64,000 nucleotides of DNA from Candidatus Krumholzibacteriia bacterium (GTDB taxonomy: Bacteria; Krumholzibacteriota; Krumholzibacteriia; LZORAL124-64-63). The stretch covers positions 1 through 64,000 of the forward strand of contig JAWOID010000144.1 in assembly GCA_046484865.1 (NCBI GenBank), written 5' to 3'. Shown in pieces: positions 11,581-20,684 of the stretch. The translations under genes were made by a program, and so were the position numbers. Under the pieces are notes generated by a model. It searched no databases. It was not told the origin of the DNA and saw only the letters and a program-made list of their open reading frames with translations. Positions within the stretch are counted from its first letter, which is position 1; each line of letters begins with the position of its first letter.

Positions 11581-11584
<4 letters not shown>

Positions 11585-12477
11585 GCGTGGACGTCCTCAC
11601 GCCCGCGCTCGTCGGCCGGCTGGGACGGCTGGATCTCATCGCCCGGCTGGTGGTCGAGGGCTTCCTCACCGGGCTGCACAAGAGCCCTTACCACGGCTTC
11701 TCGGCGGAGTTCGCCGAGTATCGCCAGTACCAGCCCGGCGAGCCGGTGTCCCACGTCGACTGGCGGGTGTACGCCAAGACGGATCGGCACTACCTGAAGG
11801 TCTTCTCGGAGGAGACCAACCTGCGGGCCACGCTGCTGGTGGACTGCTCGGCCAGCATGGCATACACCGGCCATCCCGACCGCCTGCCCAAGCGCGACTA
11901 CGCCCGGATGCTGGCGGCGGCCCTCACGTATCTGCTGCTGCGGCAGAACGATGCGGTGGGTCTGGTCACATTCGACGAGAAGCCGCTGGCGATGGTTCCC
12001 GCCCGCTCCGTGCGCAAGCAGCTCTTCCAGGTCCTGCGCGAGCTGGAGGCCATGCCCGAGGGCAGCGGCACGCGGCTGGGCGAGGTGCTGCACCGCGTGG
12101 CCGAGCGCGTGCACCGGCGAGGGCTCGTGGTGCTGGTGAGCGACCTGCTCGACGACGTCGACGCGGTGCTCTCGGGCCTGAAGCACTTCCGGCACCGGGG
12201 CCACGAGGTGGTCGTCTTCCAGGTGCTCGATCCCCGCGAGGTGGACCTCGACTTCCGCGGCGAGGTGGAGTTCACCGCGCTGGAAGACCCCGACCAGTCC
12301 GTGCGCACCGAACCCGCCCACGTGCGCGAGGGCTACCGCGAGCGCCTGGAGGACTGGCGCGGGCGCCTGCGCAGGGAGTGCCGCCGCCTGCGGGTGGACC
12401 TCGTGGAGATGACCACGGACACGCCGCTCGAGAAGGGGCTGGGCGCCTATCTGCTCAAGCGGGGACGGCTCTACTGA
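11581..12477 (+). CDS. DUF58 domain protein (MoxR-associated, vWA-like)
   Basis: GLHKSPYHGFSAEFAEYRQYQPG, VDWRVYAKTD, EETN, DCSASM, LVSDL; GTGA overlap with moxR. Confidence 0.93.
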
Positions 12478-14735
12478 TGCCGGTGACCTTCGGCAATCCG
12501 GCATTGCTGCTCGGCGCGCTGGCCGCCGTGCTTCCCATCGTGATCCACTTCCTAAGTCGTCGCCGGGTGCGGCGGGTGCCGTTCAGCGACCTCCGCTTCC
12601 TGCGGGACGTGCAGACGCATCAGGCGCGGCGGCTGGGCATGCGCCGCTGGCTGCTGCTGTTGCTGCGGGTGCTGATCCTGCTGCTGATCGCGCTGGCGAT
12701 GGCCCGGCCCCAGTGGGGCGGACTGGCGCCCGGGCCGGGTGGTGCCCGCGCGGTGCTGGTTGTGGTGGACGCCAGCGCCAGCATGACCACCCAGCAGGGG
12801 GCCGGCGAGCATGACGGCACGCGATTCGCCGCCGCTCTGGACGAGGCCCGCCGCATGATCACGGAGCTGCCCGACGGCAGCTCGGTGCAGGTGCTGCTGG
12901 CCGGCGCGGCCGTCCGGCCGCTCTTCGCGGGCTGGCTGCCGGTGCGGACCCTGGATGCGGGAGGGTTCGCGGGAGCCCGGCCCACCGAGGGAGGCTTCGA
13001 CCTGCCGGCTGTATTGCGCGCGGCGGCCCGACAGGTGGCCACCGCACCCGGGACGCCGGTGGAACTGGTCGTGCTGTCGGATCTCCAGAACTGGCCGGGC
13101 GTGGAGGCCGAGCCCGCCCCCGACCTCGTGGAGGCGCTGCGAACGCTGCGCGCTGCCGGCGAGACACGGCTGCTGCTGCGCCGGGTGGGCGAGCCGGTGG
13201 CCAACGGGGGCGTGCTGAGCGTGGAACTGCCGCGTCGCGCCGTGCGTCCAGGGGAGACCGTGGTGGTCGCGGCGCGGGTGCTCGCCGGCTCCCCCGCGCC
13301 GAGCTACCGGCTGGAACTGGACGGCCGGCACCTGGCCGAGGTGGTGGCCGACGCGGCGCCGGGGCAGGAGGCGCAGGTGCGTTTCTCGCTCGCGGTCCCG
13401 GGCGTGGGACGCCATCGCGGCTGGGTCCGCCAGGAGAGCGATCGGCTGCCCGCGGACGATGCCCGCCCATTCGTGCTGGACGTCCGCGACCGCGCCGTGG
13501 TGCGCATCGTCCACGGCGTGGACCGCACCGGCCTCGGACGCGGCGGCTGGCGCTACCTGGCCGCGGCGCTCGCTCCGGAGAGCCGGACGTCGGGCGCCGA
13601 CGGCGGTGCTCAGCAGCGCGGGGACGCCCGACCGGCGAGCGACGATGCGCCGGCGACCCTGGTCGACCTGCGCGCCGGGGGGGTGGCCGAGCTGGCGGCC
13701 GGCGATCTCGGCGAACTCGACGTGGTGGTCTTCGTCGATCCGGAGCCTCTGGGCCGACAGCTCCTCAGTGGTGTCGTCGACTGGATCCGGGCCGGCGGGG
13801 CGGCGGTGTTCGCGCTGGGCGATCCGACCCAGGCGGCGTACCTCGAGCAGACGCTGCTGCCGGCACTGGATCTGCCGCCGCATGCCGTGTTCCGGGCCCG
13901 TCCGGCGGATGGGGGTGAACGGACGGTGGTCGCGGCCCCGGCTCACCCCGTGTTCGCCGGGCTTCCCGCCGAGGCGCTGGCCACGCTCGAAGACGTGACC
14001 TGGCGGCGCACCTTCGACCTCGAGGAGGGGCGCGCGCAGGTGCTGCTGGCCCTGGGCGGCGGGCGGCCGGTGATGCTGGAGGCGCCACTCGGCGCGGGAC
14101 GGGTGCTGGTGTTGGGCGCGCACTTCACCGACGCAGCCACCGAACTGGCCTCCAGCCCGATGTTCCTGCCGCTGTGGCAGCGCATCGTCTCGTACCTGGC
14201 CTGGCGGCAGACCGAGGCCGCGGGAGCGCAGGTGGTCGGCGAACCACCCCGGCTGCCGCTGCCCAGGTTCCCTCGCGACGGCGCACCGCTCGGCCCCGGA
14301 GCGCCGGGCGATCCGACCGGTCCCGGCAGACCGAGCGACCTGGGCACCGTGCGGGTGGAGGGCCCCGATCCTACGGGCGCACCGGCCTCGTTGCAGTGGG
14401 TGGGGGACGTGCCGATGCTGGTGGGAGCGCCGACCGAGCGCGCCGGCTTCCATGTCTTTGTGGCCGATCACGACACCCTCGGGGTGGTGGCGGCGGCGGT
14501 GCCGGCCTCGGAATCGCGGCCCGAACTGGCCGAGGCGCCGGCCGTGGCGGAGAACCTGCGGGCGCTGGGCCTGACCCGGGCCGCGACCCTCGATGACGCG
14601 GCGGTGGCGAGCTTCGCGCGGGCGCTCGGCGGCCGCGAGCTGGGGCCCTGGCTGCTGGCGCTGGCAGCGGTCCTGCTGCTGGTCGAGTTGTGGGTGGCGC
14701 GCGGTGCGGAGCGCCGTCCGGCGGCCGCCTCTTGA
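12477..14735 (+). CDS. BatA N-terminal / vWA domain membrane protein
   Basis: FGNPALL...PIVIHFL...FSDLRFL...LLLLLR...LAMARP (BatA N-terminus), DASASM MIDAS motif, C-terminal TM ending LVELW; TGATG overlap. Confidence 0.88.
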   Translation: MPVTFGNPALLLGALAAVLPIVIHFLSRRRVRRVPFSDLRFLRDVQTHQARRLGMRRWLLLLLRVLILLLIALAMARPQWGGLAPGPGGARAVLVVVDASASMTTQQGAGEHDGTRFAAALDEARRMITELPDGSSVQVLLAGAAVRPLFAGWLPVRTLDAGGFAGARPTEGGFDLPAVLRAAARQVATAPGTPVELVVLSDLQNWPGVEAEPAPDLVEALRTLRAAGETRLLLRRVGEPVANGGVLSVELPRRAVRPGETVVVAARVLAGSPAPSYRLELDGRHLAEVVADAAPGQEAQVRFSLAVPGVGRHRGWVRQESDRLPADDARPFVLDVRDRAVVRIVHGVDRTGLGRGGWRYLAAALAPESRTSGADGGAQQRGDARPASDDAPATLVDLRAGGVAELAAGDLGELDVVVFVDPEPLGRQLLSGVVDWIRAGGAAVFALGDPTQAAYLEQTLLPALDLPPHAVFRARPADGGERTVVAAPAHPVFAGLPAEALATLEDVTWRRTFDLEEGRAQVLLALGGGRPVMLEAPLGAGRVLVLGAHFTDAATELASSPMFLPLWQRIVSYLAWRQTEAAGAQVVGEPPRLPLPRFPRDGAPLGPGAPGDPTGPGRPSDLGTVRVEGPDPTGAPASLQWVGDVPMLVGAPTERAGFHVFVADHDTLGVVAAAVPASESRPELAEAPAVAENLRALGLTRAATLDDAAVASFARALGGRELGPWLLALAAVLLLVELWVARGAERRPAAAS

Positions 14736-14759
14736 TAATCCCCCCGCAGGACTTAGATT
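14732..14759 (+). promoter_or_regulatory. Putative sigma70 promoter for nifU-nifS (TTGATA-16-TAGATT)
   Basis: AT-rich hexamers in a GC-rich background about 110 bp upstream of nifU. Confidence 0.4.
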
Positions 14760-14870
14760 TGCCACCGAGCCGGTCATCTATCGCCGCGGGCGGATCCGGG
14801 CCGGCCCGGTACTGGACATGACCCCCCGTCGCGCCCCGTCGAAGGCACGGTCCGGCAAGGAGTTCTGCAC

Positions 14871-15773
14871 ATGTGGAACTATTCGGAGAAGGTGCTCGAT
14901 CACTTCATGAACCCGCGGAACGTGGGCGACGTGGAGGAGCCCGACGGCGTGGGCGAGGTGGGCTCGATGGCCTGCGGCGACGCCCTGCGCCTGAGCTTCA
15001 AGCTCGACGACGAGGGACGCATCGCCGAGGCGCGCTTCCGCACCTTCGGCTGCGGCAGCGCGATCGCCTCCAGCTCGATCCTCACGGAGCTGATCCAGGG
15101 CAAGACCCTGGAGGAAGCGGCGCAGATCACCAACGAGGACATCGCCCGCGAGCTGGGCGGATTGCCCCGCGAGAAGATGCACTGCTCGGTGATGGGCCGC
15201 GAGGCGCTCGAGGCGGCCATGATCGACTACTTCCGCAAGCGGGGCCGCACCATCCCCTGCGACCTGCTCAGCCAGGGCGTGATGCTCTGCCACTGCTTCC
15301 AGGTCACCCGCGACACGGTCCGCGACGCGATCCTCGCCAACGGTCTGGAGACGGTGGAAGACGTCACCTACTACACCAAGGCGGGGGGCGGCTGCGGCGA
15401 CTGCCACGGGGACATCGAGGAGTTGCTGGCGGAGACGCGGCAGACGCGACCCGGCCAGCAGCCTGCGCCGGCATCCGGGCCCCTGGTTCAGCTCGGGGCG
15501 GGCGCCGCCGACGCTCGCGAGCGCGAGACCGAGGCCGACCGCGATCTGCAGCGGCACATCCGCGAGGTGCTGGAGAACGACATCGCGGTGGCCCTGCGCA
15601 ACGACGGTGGCGACATCGAGCTGGTCCGCTATCGCGACGGCAAGGTGTTCGTCCGCCTCGCGGGGAACTGTGCGGCGTGCAAGCTGGCCGACGTCACCCT
15701 CAAGGATTACGTGGAGCAGCAGCTCCGCGAGCACGTGCGCGACGACCTGCGCGTGATCGAGGTGAAGGCCTAG
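14871..15773 (+). CDS. nifU: Fe-S cluster assembly scaffold NifU (IscU + BFD-like [2Fe-2S] + NfuA domains)
   Basis: YSEKVLDHFMNPRN, ACGD, FGCGSAIAS, KMHC; CHC...GGGCGDC; NDGGDIEL...GNCAAC. Confidence 0.95.
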   Translation: MWNYSEKVLDHFMNPRNVGDVEEPDGVGEVGSMACGDALRLSFKLDDEGRIAEARFRTFGCGSAIASSSILTELIQGKTLEEAAQITNEDIARELGGLPREKMHCSVMGREALEAAMIDYFRKRGRTIPCDLLSQGVMLCHCFQVTRDTVRDAILANGLETVEDVTYYTKAGGGCGDCHGDIEELLAETRQTRPGQQPAPASGPLVQLGAGAADARERETEADRDLQRHIREVLENDIAVALRNDGGDIELVRYRDGKVFVRLAGNCAACKLADVTLKDYVEQQLREHVRDDLRVIEVKA

Positions 15774-15849
15774 CGCGGCGGCGGCGCGGCGAACGGCCGG
15801 CTCGAAGACCGGCGCGACGCGGCGCTCATACCAGCGAGACGAGGAGCCG

Positions 15850-17073
15850 ATGACCACCGGTGGATTCGACCTGCTCGAGGGTCTCGATCTGACGATGCCC
15901 GAAGGCGGCGTGTACCTGGACAACAATGCCACCACGGCCGTGGCGCCGGAGGTGGTCGAAGCCATGCTGCCGTACCTGCGCGTGCACTACGGCAATCCGT
16001 CCAGCATGCACCGCTTCGGCGCCGAAGCCGGCCGCGGGCTGGCCGCGGCGCGCGAGCAGGTGGCGGCTCTGCTGGGCGCCGACCCGTCGGAGATCATCTT
16101 CACCGCCGGCGGCTCGGAGGGCGACAACCTGGCCATCGTGGGCACCCTGCGCGCCTACCCGCACAAGAAGCACGTGGTCACCAGCGCCGTGGAGCATCCC
16201 GCCGTGCTCGGGCTCTGCAGGGATCTGCAGTCGCGTCAGGGTTACGAGGTGGACTTCGTGGGAGTGGACGGCCAGGGGCGGCTGGACCATGACCAGCTCG
16301 CGGCGCTGGTCCGCGACGACACGGCCGTGGTCTCGATCATGATGGCCAACAACGAGACCGGGGTGGTGTTCGACAGCGAGCGGATCGCGGAGATCGTCAA
16401 GGCGCGAGGGACCGTCTTCCACGTGGACGCCGTGCAGGCCGTGGGCAAGCTGCCCCTGGACATGAGCCGCTCGGGCATCGACCTGCTGTCGCTGTCCGGA
16501 CACAAGCTGCATGCGCCCAAGGGCGTGGGCGCGCTGTACGTGCGGCGCGGCGTCAAGCTGCGGCCGCTCATCGTGGGAGGCCACCAGGAGCGCGGGCGCC
16601 GGGCGGGCACCGAGAACGTGGCGAGCTGCGTGGCCCTGGGAGCCGCCTGCGAACTGGCCGGGCGCTACCGCGAGGAGGAGAACACCCGGGTGCGGATCCT
16701 GCGCGACCGCCTGGAGGAGCGGCTTCTGGCCGCGGTGCCGGACTGCAGCCGCAACGGCGCCCGGGACGAGCGCCTGCCCAACACCGCCAACATCAGCTTC
16801 CACTACATCGAGGGCGAGGGGATCCTGCTGCTGCTGGACCGGGCCGGGATCGCCGCCAGCAGCGGCTCCGCTTGCACCAGCGGCAGCCTCGAGCCGAGCC
16901 ACGTGCTCAAGGCCATGGGAGTGCCGTTCACGTCGGCGCACGGCTCGGTCCGGTTCAGCCTGAGCCGCTACACCACCGAGCGGGAGGTCGACTACGTGGC
17001 CGCGGTGCTGCCGCGCGTCGTGTCCCGCCTGCGCGAGATCACGCCGTTCAGCGAAGAGCGGACCACCTTCTGA
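15850..17073 (+). CDS. nifS: Cysteine desulfurase NifS/IscS type
   Basis: YLDNNATT, GNPSS, VEHPAV, ANNETG, HVDAVQ, SGHKLHAPKG, SSGSACTSGSLEPSHVL. Confidence 0.95.
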   Translation: MTTGGFDLLEGLDLTMPEGGVYLDNNATTAVAPEVVEAMLPYLRVHYGNPSSMHRFGAEAGRGLAAAREQVAALLGADPSEIIFTAGGSEGDNLAIVGTLRAYPHKKHVVTSAVEHPAVLGLCRDLQSRQGYEVDFVGVDGQGRLDHDQLAALVRDDTAVVSIMMANNETGVVFDSERIAEIVKARGTVFHVDAVQAVGKLPLDMSRSGIDLLSLSGHKLHAPKGVGALYVRRGVKLRPLIVGGHQERGRRAGTENVASCVALGAACELAGRYREEENTRVRILRDRLEERLLAAVPDCSRNGARDERLPNTANISFHYIEGEGILLLLDRAGIAASSGSACTSGSLEPSHVLKAMGVPFTSAHGSVRFSLSRYTTEREVDYVAAVLPRVVSRLREITPFSEERTTF

Positions 17074-17075
17074 CC

Positions 17076-20000
17076 ATGACCACCTCCGCCCTGCAAGCGG
17101 GCGGCGCCCGTGCGCCGCTCCTCCAGCGCCTCGCTGCCGACCCCACCCGGGCCGCTCTGAAACGGACCACGGCCGAGCTGGACGAGGGCCTGCGGCGCCG
17201 TCCCGACGGCGGTCTGCTGGTCAGCGGTCTGCACGGCGGCGCCGCGTCGCTGCTGCTGGCCGGCTGGTTCGAGCAGACGAACCGCACCGCGCTGGTGGTG
17301 ACGCCTTCGGCCGAGGGGGCCGCTCAACTCGCGGAGGATCTCGAGGCGTGGCTCGGACCGGAGCCCGTGGCATTCCTGCCGCCGCAGGAAGTCCTCGCCT
17401 TCGACCGCAACTCGCCCGATCCGGCGCTCGTGGGCGACGCGCTGGTGGCGCTGACGCGCCTGCGCGAAGGCCCGCCCTGTCTGGTCGTCACCGCGCTCTA
17501 CGGCGTGCGGCAGCGGGTCATCGCGCCTTCCCGTCTGGCCGCCTCCACCCTGCGCCTGCGCGTGGGCGACCGACACGACCGCGAGGAGCTGTGCGGCCGC
17601 CTGCACGAGCGTGGCTACCGGCCCGCCGGGGTGGTGGCGCGGATGGGCGACTTCGCGGTTCGCGGCGGGCTGCTCGACGTCTACGCCCCCGGCGACGATC
17701 CCCTGCGCATCGAGTTCTTCGACGACGAGATCGTCTCGCTGCGGACCTTCGACGTGGAGACGCAGCGATCGAGCGGCAAGTCGGACCGCGCGCGGGTGCT
17801 GCCCGTGAGCCACCTGGTGCTCGACGACGACGCGCGTCTCGAGGTGCTGGCCCGCCTCGAGGTCGCCCGCAACGCGGGTCGGCTTGACCCGGACGAGTTC
17901 GACGATCTCGAGGCGCGCCTGGAGCAGCGGCTGCCCAACGACGGACTGGAGGCGTTCCTGCCCTGGGCCGCGCCCACGGCCACCGTGAGCGACTACCTGC
18001 CGGAAGGTTCGGCGGTCTTCTGGTGGGATCCCGTGCGGCTGGGCGTGCAGTCGGACCTGCTGGATGCAGAGCTGCCGCGCCTGGCCGAGTCGCGGCGGCG
18101 GCGCGACGCGGTGGTGCCCGAGGTGGCCGAGCTGGTCGTCCCCCGCGAGCGTCTGATGGACTCGCGCCTGCCGCAGGCGCTGCTCACGGGCTCCTGGATC
18201 GAGGGCGACGAGAGCGGCTGGTGGCTGGGGCGGCGCCCGGGCGAGCGGCTGGCGCTCGACACGCAGCAGCCGGAACTGCGCGGCGGCGACGTCGCGCGTC
18301 TGCGCGAGGACCTGCTCAGGCGCGAGGCTGCGGGCGAGCAGATCCTCCTGCTGTGCGACAACCGCGGCCAGGCCCAGCGTCTGGGCGACCTGCTGGAGGA
18401 CACCGAGGGGCTGGTGCCCGCCGCCCGGCCGGAGCTGGGAACACTCACCTCGGGGTTCCTGTGGCCCGACCTGGCGATGGGAGCGATCACCGACCACGAG
18501 CTCTTCGAGCGCTACCGCCGGCCCGCGCGGGTGCGCCGCCGCAGCGCCCAGCTCGTCAAGGAGCGCGCCTCGCTGCGGCCGGGCGAGTTCGTCGTGCACC
18601 TCGACTACGGGGTCGGTCGCTACCGGGGTCTCAAGCGCATCGAGGTCGAGGGGAGCGAGCGCGAGTGCCTGCTGATCGAGTATGCGGGCTCGGACCGGGT
18701 CTACGTGCCGGTGGAGAACCTCGACAAGGTGGAGCGCTACACCTCCGACACCGAGGCGCAGCCCACCCTGGCCAAGCTCGGCACCGCCACCTGGCTGCGG
18801 GTCACCAAGCGCGCGCGCAAGGCCATCCGCGCCATGGCGGTGGAATTGCTGCAGCTCTACGCCGCGCGGCAGGAACTGCAGGGCCACGCCTTCTCCGCGG
18901 ACGGCTCGCTGCTGCGCGCCCTCGAGGAGTCGTTCGTCCACGAGGAGACCCCCGACCAGCTCACCGCCATCGCCGACGTGAAGCGCGACATGGAGCAGGC
19001 GCAACCGATGGACCGGCTGGTGTGCGGCGACGTCGGCTTCGGCAAGACCGAGGTGGCGTTGCGGGCGGCCTTCAAGGCGGTGCAGGACGGCAAGCAGGTT
19101 GCGGTGCTCTGCCCCACCACGCTGCTTGCGCACCAGCACGGCGAGACGTTCTCGGAGCGCTTCCGCGACTTCCCGGTCTCGGTGGCGACCCTCAGCCGCT
19201 TCAAGTCGCCGAAGCAGCAGCGCGAGGTCACCGCCGCCGCCCGCGAGGGGAAGCTCGACATCGTCATCGGCACCCACCGCCTGCTCTCGCGCGACGTCCG
19301 GTTCGCCGATCTCGGCCTGCTGATCATCGACGAGGAGCATCGCTTCGGCGTGCGCCACAAGGAGCGCATCAAGGAGCTGCGCAAGCAGGTGGACGTGATG
19401 ACGCTCAGCGCCACGCCCATCCCGCGCACTCTCTACATGGCGCTCATGGGCGCGCGCGACATGTCGCTCATCGCCACCCCGCCCCGGGACCGCCTGCCGA
19501 TCCAGACCGAGCTGTGCGCCTTCGACGAGGAGATCCTCACCGAGGCGATCCTGCGCGAGCTGCACCGCGGGGGACAGGTCTTCTTCGTCCACAACCGCAT
19601 CGAGACCATCGGCGCCACCGCCGATCTCCTGCGCCGGCTGCTGCCCCACGTGCGGATCGAGTACGCCCACGGGCAGATGAAGGAGGACGAGCTCGAGAAG
19701 ATCATGACCCGGTTCCTGGCCCACGACTTCGACCTGCTGGTGACCACGGCGATCATCGAGTCGGGGCTGGACATGCCGCGGGTGAACACGATCGTCATCG
19801 ACCGGGCCGACCGGTTCGGTCTGGCGCAGCTCTATCAGCTGCGCGGCCGCGTGGGCCGCAGCCACCACCGGGCGTTCGCGTACCTCATGACGCCCCAGGG
19901 CGAGGCCCTCACCCCCGACGCCCGCCGCCGGCTGGCGGCACTCGAGGAATTCCAGGCCCTGGGCAGCGGCTATCACATCGCCATGCGCGACCTGGAGATC

Positions 20001-20684
20001 CGCGGCGCCGGCAACCTCCTGGGCGAGGAACAGCACGGGCACATGGAGGCCATCGGCTTCGACCTCTACTGCCGCCTGCTGGAGGAGACGGTGGCGGAAC
20101 TGCGCGGTGGAGACGGCGTTGGAGTGCTGGACGTCAAGGTCGACCTGCGCATGCCGGCGTACCTGCCCGACGAGTACGTCGGCGATCCGCAGCAGAAGAT
20201 GGACCTCTACCGGCGGCTGGCGCGCCTGCGCGAACCCGGCGCGATCGGACGTCTGCGCGACGAGTTCCACGACCGGTACGGCCCGCCGCCCGAGCCGGTG
20301 GAGCACCTGCTGGCCAGCCACCGCGTGCGCATGCTCGCCGCGCGCAACGGAGTCGAGGAGGTGCGCGCCTCACGCAGCGGCGTCGATTTCTTTTTCGCTG
20401 GCGGGCGCGAGCCGAGCCCGGATACAATCCGGGGCTTGATGGCCGCCGGCCCCAGCGGTATGCGTTTCCAGGCCGTCGATCAGTTCGTCATGCGGGTGCC
20501 CGCACCGCGCGAGCAGGTCCTGGCGGCCGCGACAGTCATCCTCGAGCGCCTCGACGCCCTGCGCGACGCCCGTTCCGGGCAGCCGTCGGCCGGTGCCGGG
20601 GACAATGGCGTCGGCCGCACCGATGGCGGGCCCGACGCCGCGCGCTCTGCCGGCGAGAGCAATCAACCAAGGAGTGCCCGATGA
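17076..20684 (+). CDS. mfd: Transcription-repair coupling factor
   Basis: VRGGLLD, CarD-like VVHLDYGVGRY, ETPDQ, MDRLVCGDVGFGKTEVA, DEEHRFGV, SATPIPRTL, QLRGRVGRS, DLEIRGAGNLLG, TRCF C-terminus. Confidence 0.97.
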   Translation: MTTSALQAGGARAPLLQRLAADPTRAALKRTTAELDEGLRRRPDGGLLVSGLHGGAASLLLAGWFEQTNRTALVVTPSAEGAAQLAEDLEAWLGPEPVAFLPPQEVLAFDRNSPDPALVGDALVALTRLREGPPCLVVTALYGVRQRVIAPSRLAASTLRLRVGDRHDREELCGRLHERGYRPAGVVARMGDFAVRGGLLDVYAPGDDPLRIEFFDDEIVSLRTFDVETQRSSGKSDRARVLPVSHLVLDDDARLEVLARLEVARNAGRLDPDEFDDLEARLEQRLPNDGLEAFLPWAAPTATVSDYLPEGSAVFWWDPVRLGVQSDLLDAELPRLAESRRRRDAVVPEVAELVVPRERLMDSRLPQALLTGSWIEGDESGWWLGRRPGERLALDTQQPELRGGDVARLREDLLRREAAGEQILLLCDNRGQAQRLGDLLEDTEGLVPAARPELGTLTSGFLWPDLAMGAITDHELFERYRRPARVRRRSAQLVKERASLRPGEFVVHLDYGVGRYRGLKRIEVEGSERECLLIEYAGSDRVYVPVENLDKVERYTSDTEAQPTLAKLGTATWLRVTKRARKAIRAMAVELLQLYAARQELQGHAFSADGSLLRALEESFVHEETPDQLTAIADVKRDMEQAQPMDRLVCGDVGFGKTEVALRAAFKAVQDGKQVAVLCPTTLLAHQHGETFSERFRDFPVSVATLSRFKSPKQQREVTAAAREGKLDIVIGTHRLLSRDVRFADLGLLIIDEEHRFGVRHKERIKELRKQVDVMTLSATPIPRTLYMALMGARDMSLIATPPRDRLPIQTELCAFDEEILTEAILRELHRGGQVFFVHNRIETIGATADLLRRLLPHVRIEYAHGQMKEDELEKIMTRFLAHDFDLLVTTAIIESGLDMPRVNTIVIDRADRFGLAQLYQLRGRVGRSHHRAFAYLMTPQGEALTPDARRRLAALEEFQALGSGYHIAMRDLEIRGAGNLLGEEQHGHMEAIGFDLYCRLLEETVAELRGGDGVGVLDVKVDLRMPAYLPDEYVGDPQQKMDLYRRLARLREPGAIGRLRDEFHDRYGPPPEPVEHLLASHRVRMLAARNGVEEVRASRSGVDFFFAGGREPSPDTIRGLMAAGPSGMRFQAVDQFVMRVPAPREQVLAAATVILERLDALRDARSGQPSAGAGDNGVGRTDGGPDAARSAGESNQPRSAR

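Noticed and set aside
14871..17073. Nitrogen fixation inferred from nifU and nifS
   Set aside because: No nifH, nifD, nifK, nifE, nifN or nifB in the window; NifU and NifS alone indicate Fe-S assembly.
16992..20321. Very long antisense or alternate-frame ORFs (e.g. 16992-20321, 43939-47451, 48043-51531, 52706-56524, 213-2399)
   Set aside because: Shadow ORFs expected in very GC-rich DNA opposite or overlapping well-supported genes; no motifs of their own.
18023..20680. Apparent 1491-aa ORF fusing an R/G/A-rich region to the PPIase
   Set aside because: The upstream part is an off-frame read of mfd; the real gene starts at ATG 20681 with an AAGGAG RBS and a lipoprotein signal.
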